Below, in pieces: positions 50,951 through 58,743 of a stretch of 64,000 nucleotides of DNA; position 1 is the first letter of the stretch, and each line of letters begins with the position of its first letter. The translations under genes and the position numbers were made by a program. Location of the stretch: contig CAYVEC010000005.1 of the NCBI GenBank assembly GCA_964450385.1, positions 6,850-70,849 on the forward strand, given 5' to 3'. The notes beneath the pieces were generated by a model, which saw nothing but the letters and a program-made list of their open reading frames with translations, searched no databases and was not told the DNA's origin. This DNA is from an uncultured Planctomycetales bacterium. Its GTDB lineage: Bacteria > Omnitrophota > Gorgyraeia > Zapsychrales > JANLHA01.

Positions 50951-50980
50951 ATTATAGTTTAAATGAACTTAAAAAGTCAA
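50951..50980 (-). promoter_or_regulatory. Sigma70-type promoter for gspE (TTGACT-18-TATAAT)
   Basis: Minus-strand TTGACTttttaagttcatttaaacTATAAT. -35 at 50975..50980, -10 at 50951..50956. About 55-nt leader. Confidence 0.5.
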
Positions 50981-50983
50981 GAG

Positions 50984-51008
50984 GGACAAGCATGGACATA
51001 CCTGGACA
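50984..51008 (-). promoter_or_regulatory. Three direct GGACA (minus: TGTCC) repeats at exact 10-bp phasing abutting the -35 of the gspE promoter
   Basis: GGACA at 50984, 50994 and 51004 (gagGGACAagcatGGACAtacctGGACAct). Looks like an activator (response-regulator-type) binding site. Confidence 0.45.
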
Positions 51009-51092
51009 CTCCGAGAAAAGAATGGAATATTAACAAAATCCATAAAAATTTTCATAAATATAACAAATACATCATTTTTCAATCTTAAAAAA

Positions 51093-52256
51093 TTATCCCT
51101 TAATCACCCCAAGAGGCCGTAGTTCGGTCTCGATCTCGACCAAATCAGACTGGGCCGCCATCACGGTTTGAATATCTTTATAAGCCCCAGCAGCCTCATC
51201 GAGATCACGTGCCCCGCGGATCGAATGAATGATCCCCTGGCTCTCGAGCTTTGCCTGTTCATCGCGCACATCAAGGCTTCGGCGGGCCTGGTGACGGCTC
51301 ATCCGCCGCCCTGCCCCGTGAGAGCACGAGCAAAAGCTTTCACGATTCCCTCTGCCGCGCACAATATAGGAAGGCGTGCCCTGGGATCCGGGGATGATTC
51401 CGATCTCTCCCTCCCTGGCCGCTGTCGCCCCTTTCCGATGAACCCAGACAGACTTGCCAAAATGCGTCTCACAGGACGCATAATTATGAGCAATGTTGAT
51501 CGCCTCGCCAAACTCAACCGAATCAGCCTCCGCGAGACATTCCTTGATCCGCTCGATCATCCTGGCCCGATTCTCCTGGGCAAAGCTCACGGCAAAGGTC
51601 ATGGCATCGATATATTCATGGAACTCTCCGCAATCTGCCGGTAAGAACGCCAAGCCGCCATCGCCTGTATATTGCGGAAGATGCGGAAACCGCCGGCGCT
51701 GCAGCCGCTGGGCCTGCTGGTTGTACTCGTGGGCGATCTTAAGACCAAAATTCCGGCTCCCGGAATGGACCATGACCCAAAGGCAACCATCTGACCCGCG
51801 TTGAATTTCAATAAAATGATTTCCCCCTCCCAGGGTGCCCAATTGACAGCGCGCCGCCTCAAGTTCCCGCTCAACGACCCGGACCTCAGGGGCGCGATCA
51901 AAACCCTGCCAGGACTGGGGTCTTTTATGGTGCTCAAACCCGAGCGGAATCGCCTTTCGGATCCGAGATATAACATCCTTGAGCCGATCCCGGTCGATCT
52001 CGCGAAGTGACGTCCTCACCGCTGTCATCCCGCAGCCGATATCGACCCCAACCGCGTTCGGGATCACGGCATCCACGGTCGCCGCCACCCCGCCGATCGG
52101 CATTCCATAGCCCGCGTGAGCATCGGGCATGAGGCAGATCTGACGAAAGACCACCGGCAACGCGGCCACGGCCCTCGCCTGAGAGAGGACATCCTCCTCT
52201 ACCGGAACGCACCACGACTTGATCGGGACGCGGCCCCCCTCCATGATCAAAACCAT
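51093..52256 (-). CDS. rtcB: RNA-splicing ligase RtcB
   Basis: PDAHAGYGMPIGG, GGNHFIEIQ, HSGSRNFG, IAHNYAS, HRKGAT metal-binding motifs. Confidence 0.85.
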   Translation of the reverse strand: MVLIMEGGRVPIKSWCVPVEEDVLSQARAVAALPVVFRQICLMPDAHAGYGMPIGGVAATVDAVIPNAVGVDIGCGMTAVRTSLREIDRDRLKDVISRIRKAIPLGFEHHKRPQSWQGFDRAPEVRVVERELEAARCQLGTLGGGNHFIEIQRGSDGCLWVMVHSGSRNFGLKIAHEYNQQAQRLQRRRFPHLPQYTGDGGLAFLPADCGEFHEYIDAMTFAVSFAQENRARMIERIKECLAEADSVEFGEAINIAHNYASCETHFGKSVWVHRKGATAAREGEIGIIPGSQGTPSYIVRGRGNRESFCSCSHGAGRRMSRHQARRSLDVRDEQAKLESQGIIHSIRGARDLDEAAGAYKDIQTVMAAQSDLVEIETELRPLGVIKG

Positions 52257-52271
52257 CGCCCCCCCTATCCC

Positions 52272-53444
52272 TTACGGACGCGGCCCTCGGCCTCGAAAGA
52301 TCGAGCCCTCTCCGAACCGGTCGTGAATGCGGTCCAGAGCCTGATGCACAGCCTCACGCCGCGCCTCATCAGCCCGGACGAAAAGATCGTCCTGAACATA
52401 CCCATCATCAAAATCCGCAACACGCACACCGATGAGGCGGACCGCGTCGATCGCGGCAAAATGTTTTAAAAAGATCGCGCGGGCCGTTCGGTAGATCTCA
52501 TCGGCGTGATTGCTGCGCGCGTCCAGGCGCTGGCCGTGGGAAAAAGTCTCGAAATCTGGACGCCGCACCCTCACGACAACGGAGCGGGCCTTCAGCCCCT
52601 GCTGACGGAGACGGCGAGAAATCCGCTCGCTCAACGCCAATAAGGTATCAAGGATCAGCCGCTGATCATCAACGTCATGCGGAAAAGTCTCTTCATGTGA
52701 GATCGATTTGACATCATCGACCCGTTCGACGGGCCGGTCATCAATCCCGTTTGCCAGGGCGTGGAGATGTCGGCCCTGGCTGCCGAATTCGCGGCCGAGC
52801 CGTTCAGCAGGCCAGAGCGCGAGATCCCCGACGGTCCGAATCCCCAGGGCATGAAAACGTTTGAGGGTCTGCGGCCCAACCCCCCAGAGTTTTCCAACCG
52901 AGAGCGGCCAGAGAAAATCAAGGACCGTGCCGGGCGGGACCTCGACAAGCCCGTCAGGCTTTTCCAAGTCCGAGGCGATCTTTGCGACCATCTTATTAGG
53001 CGCGATCCCGACGGAAACAACGAGCCCGGTTCCTTCCCTGACCGCGACCTTCAATTGAAGGGCGGCCTCCCGCGGAGTACCAAAGAGATGACAGCTGCCG
53101 CTCATGTCGAGAAAAGCCTCGTCGATACTCACGGGTTCGATATCCGGGGTAAACCGCCCGAAGACTTCAAACACATCCTGAGACGCCGCCTCATACGCTT
53201 CCATCCGCGGCCTTAAAAAAATGCCACCTGGACACCGCCGGTAGGCCTGACCGATCGGCATCGCCGAATGGATCCCAAAGGCCCGCGCCTCATAAGAACA
53301 CGTCGAGACTACGCCGCGGCCTTTGCCGCCCGCGGGATCAGACCCGATGATCACCGGCCGGCCCCTCAGCGATGGATTATCCCGTTGTTCAACGCTCGCG
53401 AAAAAGGCATCAAGATCAACGTGAAAAATCAAACGGCTTACCAT
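52272..53444 (-). CDS. dinB: DNA polymerase IV (Y-family)
   Basis: HVDLDAFFASVEQRDNP and SIDEAFLDMSG motifs. Start ATG at 53444 preferred, because the ORF-track extension to 53516 runs through a promoter. Confidence 0.85.
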   Translation of the reverse strand: MVSRLIFHVDLDAFFASVEQRDNPSLRGRPVIIGSDPAGGKGRGVVSTCSYEARAFGIHSAMPIGQAYRRCPGGIFLRPRMEAYEAASQDVFEVFGRFTPDIEPVSIDEAFLDMSGSCHLFGTPREAALQLKVAVREGTGLVVSVGIAPNKMVAKIASDLEKPDGLVEVPPGTVLDFLWPLSVGKLWGVGPQTLKRFHALGIRTVGDLALWPAERLGREFGSQGRHLHALANGIDDRPVERVDDVKSISHEETFPHDVDDQRLILDTLLALSERISRRLRQQGLKARSVVVRVRRPDFETFSHGQRLDARSNHADEIYRTARAIFLKHFAAIDAVRLIGVRVADFDDGYVQDDLFVRADEARREAVHQALDRIHDRFGEGSIFRGRGPRP

Positions 53445-53451
53445 AAAAGGC

Positions 53452-53480
53452 ATTATACGGAGAGGGCAGAAGAGCGTCAA
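53452..53480 (-). promoter_or_regulatory. Sigma70-type promoter for dinB-rtcB (TTGACG-17-TATAAT), probable leaderless transcript
   Basis: Minus-strand TTGACGctcttctgccctctccgTATAATgcctttt followed directly by the dinB ATG at 53444, only 7 nt after the -10. Confidence 0.5.
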
Positions 53481-53566
53481 ACGCTGAATTTTTTTCGCCT
53501 TTTTTTCATTTTTCAAAAAGGCTAATCAGCGTCGAGAAAAATCTTTATTTTCAGCGAAAATAATCC

Positions 53567-53594
53567 TTGCATTCAAAAAGGTCTTTGTTATAAT
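53567..53594 (+). promoter_or_regulatory. Strong extended -10 promoter (TTGCAT-16-TGtTATAAT) for the duplicated-domain small gene
   Basis: TTGCATtcaaaaaggtctttgtTATAAT with TG at -15/-14. AAAGGAG Shine-Dalgarno 7 nt before ATG 53641. AT-rich context. Confidence 0.55.
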
Positions 53595-53640
53595 CTGAAC
53601 CATTATTCAACTGCTGTTCGTCGTGAAAAGGAGATTCAGC

Positions 53641-54045
53641 ATGTTACAGCAACGTTCTTATGCCATCCTGACCGATCCTTGCGCTCGTTATGAAATACGA
53701 AAACACAAATGGTTCTTAAGCGAGAAAGCCGGACACGAGATCGGGTTTGCGACCGCGGCCCTCGACTGGATCCGGAATTATGGCGATGCCTGGCGACTCT
53801 ATCGTTTCAGTGAGCTCTTCAATCCCGCCTCGCACCAGGAGCCCGTGTATTCATTCCTGAATGACCCATATGCGATCCATGAGATCCGTCGACATAAATG
53901 GCTCATGAGCGAACGCAGTCCCTATGAGATTGGGTTCGCGACCGCCGCCCTCGATTGGATCACGAACTACGGAGATGCCTGGAGGCTCTACCGATTCAGC
54001 CGATTATTCAATCCGGACAAACATCGATTAATGAGCTTGATCTAG
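53641..54045 (+). CDS. 134-aa protein built from two tandem 54-aa modules (about 74% identical) with HKWxxSExxxxEIGFATAALDWIxNYGDAWRLYRFSxLFNP motif; family unknown
   Basis: Repeat 1 is ILTDPCARYEIRKHKWFLSEKAGHEIGFATAALDWIRNYGDAWRLYRFSELFNP. Repeat 2 is FLNDPYAIHEIRRHKWLMSERSPYEIGFATAALDWITNYGDAWRLYRFSRLFNP. ORF-track start is GTG at 53623. ATG at 53641 has the Shine-Dalgarno. Confidence 0.55.
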   Translation: MLQQRSYAILTDPCARYEIRKHKWFLSEKAGHEIGFATAALDWIRNYGDAWRLYRFSELFNPASHQEPVYSFLNDPYAIHEIRRHKWLMSERSPYEIGFATAALDWITNYGDAWRLYRFSRLFNPDKHRLMSLI

Positions 54046-54737
54046 ATGAGGCGTTTGCGGCAGCGGCCAGCCAGCGGGCAGCCCGCGCACCCGGGTTGGA
54101 TCCGGCAATGATCCTTGGCGAGCCGAACGATCAGGGCGTGATATTCATTAAATAGGGGCACATCCGACGGAAGATCGCGCATGAACACCGCCTGCAGGTC
54201 GTGATACTCGGCATCCCGCGCGCAGAGGCCGTAACGTCCAAAAATCCGCTTCGTATACGCATCGATCACAAACGTCGGACGGTCAAAGGCATACAGAAGG
54301 ATCGAATCCGCGGTCTCAGGCCCGACGCCGTTCACGGACAGGACCCGCTCACGGGCCTCATTAAGCGGAAGAGCGGCGAGGGCGCGCCATGATCCCTTCA
54401 TCTCCTTCATAAAAAACTGAACAAAATTTTTTAGCCGTCGCGCCTTAATATTAAAATACCCCGACGGACGAATGTGCTCCGCGAGGACCGACTGGGGCAT
54501 CGCCCCAAGGACGCGGAAATTCACGGCCCGAGCTTTTTTGAGATTCGCGATCGCCCGCTCGACATTCCCCCAATTCGTGTTCTGGGTCAGGATCGCGCCA
54601 ATCACGATCTCTGTCTTCGTCTCGCCGGGCCACCAGTGCTGCGGCCCGAAACGATCAAAGAGACGCTGATAGATGTCCAACAATTCATCAGTCCTGTTTT
54701 TATTTTTCTTCACCACGTCGCTTCCCCAAGAAATCAA
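54042..54737 (-). CDS. nth: Endonuclease III-like HhH-GPD DNA glycosylase with [4Fe-4S] cluster
   Basis: HhH motif LSVNGVGPETADSILLYAF. C-terminal C-X6-C-X2-C-X5-C (CRIQPGCAGCPLAGRC). Confidence 0.7.
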   Translation of the reverse strand: MISWGSDVVKKNKNRTDELLDIYQRLFDRFGPQHWWPGETKTEIVIGAILTQNTNWGNVERAIANLKKARAVNFRVLGAMPQSVLAEHIRPSGYFNIKARRLKNFVQFFMKEMKGSWRALAALPLNEARERVLSVNGVGPETADSILLYAFDRPTFVIDAYTKRIFGRYGLCARDAEYHDLQAVFMRDLPSDVPLFNEYHALIVRLAKDHCRIQPGCAGCPLAGRCRKRLI

Positions 54738-54740
54738 GCG

Positions 54741-55202
54741 CTAACGCTCGTCCGTGAGCCCATCCGGCCCCGGCTCAAAGACCCAGTCTAAAATTTTCCC
54801 TTCACGGTCAACATAGAGATACACCTTATCGGTGTCCTTAAATGCGCACGCCTGACGATACAGCCACTCCTCGACCTCCGCCCCCTCGCGCTCGGTCATG
54901 CGGACAAAAACGGGCGGACCAAAACGCCGCTCAACCTGCCGGGCCGTCGTGTACCCTTCAAACGTCTCCTCCCGGATCGAGGCGAGCAGCTCTGAAAAAA
55001 GTCGATCCTGGCGCTCAACATCCAGGGTCTTTCGAGCCCCCTCATCAGAATACTCTTTCAAGGTAAGGAGCTGCGGCATGTGCCGGATCTTCGCGCCCAT
55101 CCCGCACCCTGACACGAGACAAACGACGGTGACCACGACGGATCCAATCCTGATGTTGACTAATGACACGATTCCCCTCCTTGTCACCCTTGCGCCCTTC
55201 AT
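54741..55202 (-). CDS. Hypothetical lipoprotein (lipobox LVSGC)
   Basis: Hydrophobic N-region ending VVCLVSGC, then a soluble domain without recognisable motifs. Confidence 0.45.
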   Translation of the reverse strand: MKGARVTRRGIVSLVNIRIGSVVVTVVCLVSGCGMGAKIRHMPQLLTLKEYSDEGARKTLDVERQDRLFSELLASIREETFEGYTTARQVERRFGPPVFVRMTEREGAEVEEWLYRQACAFKDTDKVYLYVDREGKILDWVFEPGPDGLTDER

Positions 55203-55226
55203 TCACCACAAGCAAGCACGAATCCC

Positions 55227-57188
55227 TTAATGCCCCTCCCGCCCCTCGATCATCCGCTTCTCGGCCTCAAGCTCCTTAATCCTCATCGCTGCCTGACGCT
55301 GAAGCTTCGGGATCTCTTTCAACCGCTGGCCGTATTCTTTTAACAGGGCCGGATCTTTGCCGTAGGCATTGGCCAAGACCCGTGCCTTGACATAGCTCTC
55401 GGTGTCGAGCTCCTTCATCTCCTTTTCAAGATCGGTGATGGCCTTTCGAATCTGAGCGACCTGACGCAAGGCCTCTTTATGCTGCTGACGGGTCTCGCGG
55501 GCCCGTTGATTTTCCTCCCCCCTTGCCGCAGCGGAACGGTCCGGAGCCTTTTTTACGACGGAGCGGCCAGGCGCCTCATCCGACAGAGCTGGTGCGTCAC
55601 CTAAAAATTTCCCGCCCTTTTTATCCAAATAATATTCTAACCCCCCGGCATAATTCTTCAGCGTCCCGCGATCGACCTCTATAATATGATCCGCGACCTC
55701 ACCGACAAAAAACAGGTCATGGCTGATAAAACACAGGGTCCCCTCATAGGCCTTGAAGGCGCGGGTCAATGACTCGACGCCGTCAATGTCAAGATGCGTT
55801 GTCGGCTCGTCAAGGAGGATGAAATTCGGCGGATTGATCAGGAGCTTCGCCAAGATCAAGCGACTCTTTTCCCCGCCGGAAAGGACCTGGACCATTTTAA
55901 AGACGTCATCACCGTGAAAATTAAAGAGCCCAAGAAGGCTCCGGAGCTGCGTTGCCGGAACCGATCCGGTCACCGCAGAAGCCAGCTCGTCAAGAACAGT
56001 GCGGTTAGGGTTCAAGACATCGAGCCGGGTCTGAGAAAAATATCCGCGCGTCACCTGATGCCCGAGCCGGACCTCACCGCTCGAGGGGCTGATGATCCCC
56101 GCGAGCATCTTTAAGAGGGTCGACTTCCCGGCGCCGTTAGGCCCGACAAGACAGACCTTCTGGCCCCGAACAAGCTCAAGGTCGATCCCTTCATAGACAT
56201 GAGTCGTTCCATAACTCTTCGCCAGCTTCTGGGCCGAAACCACAACATATCCACTCGACGGGGTCTCAGGAAAAATGAAATCCTTAATGCTCCGACGGTC
56301 CTGGCTGAGCTCCGGGGTCTCGAGGCGTTCAAGCATCTTTCGTTTATTCCTCACCGCCGAGGCGCGGTTCGGCTGGGCGTGAAACCGCTGGGTGAAGCGT
56401 TCAAGCTGCTCGCGTTTCTTTTCGATCACCTTGCGCTGGCGCTCAAGATGCTTTTGATCGACGCCCTTCTGTTTTTGATAGTCCTCGTAATTCCCCTTGA
56501 CCTTGGTCATCTGCCCGTTCTCGAGAAGGATCGTATAGTTCGTGACATCATTCAGAAAGACCTTGTCATGCGAGATGAGGATGAAGGTCCCTTGATAAGC
56601 AGAGAGGAACCCTTTTAACCAGAGGGTCGCGGCCAGATCAAGATAATTCGTTGGCTCGTCGAGAAGCAACAGATCGAAGGGATAGACAAGCAACTTGGCA
56701 AGGAGGGTCCGCATCTGCCAGCCCCCGCTCATCTCCTGAACAGGGCGGTGCATGTCTCGCTCGACGAACCCCAGGCCAGCCAAGACCTTCTCCGCCTTAT
56801 GTTCGATCGCGTAAATATCCAGGGCCTCGAGCTCCTGAAGGACATCGCCATACCGGGCGCTGTCCGCACGGCCCTTCTCCTCAATCGCGTGCTTTTCCTC
56901 AAGGAGACGCTTGATCCGGTCATCTCCCGACGAAACCTCATCGAGAACAGTCGAGTCGGATCGAAAAACAGACTCCTGCGGTAAATAGCCGATGCTGAGA
57001 TTCCGCTGACGCTGGATGCTCCCCTCGGTCGATTCCATCTCACCCAGAATGATCGAAAACAGGGTGCTCTTGCCGGATCCATTCGGCCCGGTGAGACCAA
57101 TCTTTTCGCCGGCAAAAATACTAAGCGAGACATCCTTAAACAATGTCCGTTGAGTGAAATTCTTTGATAAATTCGTGATCGTGATCAT
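55227..57188 (-). CDS. ABC-F family ATPase (Uup/YbiT-like translation factor)
   Basis: Two ABC ATPase cassettes (GPNGSGKST, GPNGAGKST), no TM domain, C-terminal coiled-coil tail. 653 aa. Confidence 0.85.
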   Translation of the reverse strand: MITITNLSKNFTQRTLFKDVSLSIFAGEKIGLTGPNGSGKSTLFSIILGEMESTEGSIQRQRNLSIGYLPQESVFRSDSTVLDEVSSGDDRIKRLLEEKHAIEEKGRADSARYGDVLQELEALDIYAIEHKAEKVLAGLGFVERDMHRPVQEMSGGWQMRTLLAKLLVYPFDLLLLDEPTNYLDLAATLWLKGFLSAYQGTFILISHDKVFLNDVTNYTILLENGQMTKVKGNYEDYQKQKGVDQKHLERQRKVIEKKREQLERFTQRFHAQPNRASAVRNKRKMLERLETPELSQDRRSIKDFIFPETPSSGYVVVSAQKLAKSYGTTHVYEGIDLELVRGQKVCLVGPNGAGKSTLLKMLAGIISPSSGEVRLGHQVTRGYFSQTRLDVLNPNRTVLDELASAVTGSVPATQLRSLLGLFNFHGDDVFKMVQVLSGGEKSRLILAKLLINPPNFILLDEPTTHLDIDGVESLTRAFKAYEGTLCFISHDLFFVGEVADHIIEVDRGTLKNYAGGLEYYLDKKGGKFLGDAPALSDEAPGRSVVKKAPDRSAAARGEENQRARETRQQHKEALRQVAQIRKAITDLEKEMKELDTESYVKARVLANAYGKDPALLKEYGQRLKEIPKLQRQAAMRIKELEAEKRMIEGREGH

Positions 57189-57205
57189 CCGCGCACCATA
57201 TCTCC

Positions 57206-57937
57206 CTAACGCCCCGACGCCTGAACCGCCTCACGCAGGGCCTGAACTTCTTTGTCGGTCAACTCGCGCCACTGGCCCCGGGCGAGCCTCCCCAGATGCA
57301 CCGGTCCATGCTGAAGCCGGACAAGCGACTCGACCGGATGCCCGATCGCCGCGCACATCCGACGGACCTGGCGTTTTCGGCCCTCATGAAGGACGATCTC
57401 GAACTCGGTCTTATCCTTTTTGACATGAACCCGCCGAACCTCAGCAGGCGCTGTCCGTTTTCGATCAAGCACGATCCCGCCGCCTTCAAGTCGCTTCCGC
57501 TCAGCGAGGGTGACCGCTCCGCGCACCCGCACCGAATAAACCTTGCCGACATCAAACGATGGATGGGTCAGGGCATGGAGCAGATCGCCATCGTTCGTAA
57601 AAAGAAGAAGCCCTTCCGTGTCCTTGTCCAAACGCCCGACGGAATTCAGACCCTGAAACCCCGGTGGGAGAAGATCGGCAGCCTTCCGGGACGCAAAACG
57701 GTCTTCCTTGGTCGTCACATACCCGCGCGGCTTGTGGAGGGCAATATACCGATAGGCCTGGGACACGACTGGTTGCCCGTCGAGGCAGACGTCTGCTGCA
57801 TCAGCAGCGACGGCGTAAGACGGCTCGGCCACCGTCTCTCCCCGGACCGTCACCCGGCCGGCCTGAATGATCGACATCGCTTCCCGGCGAGAACAACGCC
57901 CCGAACGGGATAAAAAAACCTGTAACCGGACCTTCAC
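57206..57937 (-). CDS. rRNA pseudouridine synthase, RsuA/RluB family (S4 domain plus catalytic domain)
   Basis: N-terminal S4 RNA-binding (RLQVFLSRSGRCSRREA) and catalytic GRLDKDTEGLLLFTNDG with active-site Asp. Confidence 0.8.
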   Translation of the reverse strand: MKVRLQVFLSRSGRCSRREAMSIIQAGRVTVRGETVAEPSYAVAADAADVCLDGQPVVSQAYRYIALHKPRGYVTTKEDRFASRKAADLLPPGFQGLNSVGRLDKDTEGLLLFTNDGDLLHALTHPSFDVGKVYSVRVRGAVTLAERKRLEGGGIVLDRKRTAPAEVRRVHVKKDKTEFEIVLHEGRKRQVRRMCAAIGHPVESLVRLQHGPVHLGRLARGQWRELTDKEVQALREAVQASGR

Positions 57938-58743
57938 GCGAGCGGCCTTTTGTTCTTCCGTTGACGAAGCGCCTCATATACCAAGATAGCAGCGGTCACG
58001 CTGACATTTAACGAATCCGCCTCTCCCCTCATCGGGATGACGGCCTGGAGATCCGCCCGTGTGATCCAAAAATCGCTCAAACCCGCGTCCTCCGCGCCGA
58101 GGATAAACGCCACCCCGCCATGAGCGAGATCCGTCTCATCATACCGAACCGACCCGGCAGGGGTCGCCGCAATCATACGGATAGAACGTCCCTTTAAAAA
58201 ATCATGAGCCGTCTCCCTGTCCGCCTGAACAACACGGATGCTGAACACCGTTCCGGTGCTCGCCCGGACCACATTCGGATTATAAAGATCAGTCTTGGTA
58301 TCAGCGGCAATGACCAGGTCCACCCCGGCCGCATCGCAGCTCCGGAGGACCGCCCCTATATTTCCAGGCTTCTCAAGTCCGTCGAGAACGACCACGATCG
58401 GGTCCGATGGGAGGCCCTCAGCCGTCAACACAACCTCGGGAATCCGGCAGACGCCGAGTAGCCCCTCACGCCGATCGCCAAAGCTGATCTTCGCAAAAAC
58501 CTCAGGACTCACCTCATAAAGCGCCGCCCCCCATGAGGCCGCCTCACGGTACGCTTCGTCACCGCCAAAATCCGCGAGGATATCTCGGCACACATACAAC
58601 GCGTCGATCTGAACCCCGGCCCGATAGGCCCGTCGGAGCTCGCGGAGCCCATAGACCACGGTCAATCCAAGCTCATCGCGATACCGACGCTGTTTCAGCT
58701 TAGCGATCTTTTTAAGATGGGGGTTCGACAGGCTCGTGATCAT
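57934..58743 (-). CDS. TrmH/SpoU-family RNA 2'-O-methyltransferase (RlmB-like)
   Basis: SPOUT C-terminal motifs (VVLDGLEKPGNIGAVLRSCDAAG, LNVSVTAAILVYE). Confidence 0.75.
   Translation of the reverse strand: MITSLSNPHLKKIAKLKQRRYRDELGLTVVYGLRELRRAYRAGVQIDALYVCRDILADFGGDEAYREAASWGAALYEVSPEVFAKISFGDRREGLLGVCRIPEVVLTAEGLPSDPIVVVLDGLEKPGNIGAVLRSCDAAGVDLVIAADTKTDLYNPNVVRASTGTVFSIRVVQADRETAHDFLKGRSIRMIAATPAGSVRYDETDLAHGGVAFILGAEDAGLSDFWITRADLQAVIPMRGEADSLNVSVTAAILVYEALRQRKNKRPLA

Noticed and set aside
53445-53516. 24-codon N-terminal extension of the dinB ORF in the track
   Set aside because: It spans the TTGACG-17-TATAAT promoter itself. The conserved DinB N-terminus starts at 53444.
53445-53520. 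Possible LexA/SOS box upstream of dinB
   Set aside because: I looked for CTGT-N8-ACAG and GAAC-N4-GTTC. Only a loose GAA-N5-TTC (gaaaaaaattc) is present, which is not convincing.
57296-57913. 205-aa plus-strand ORF
   Set aside because: It is antisense to the pseudouridine synthase gene. No motifs.
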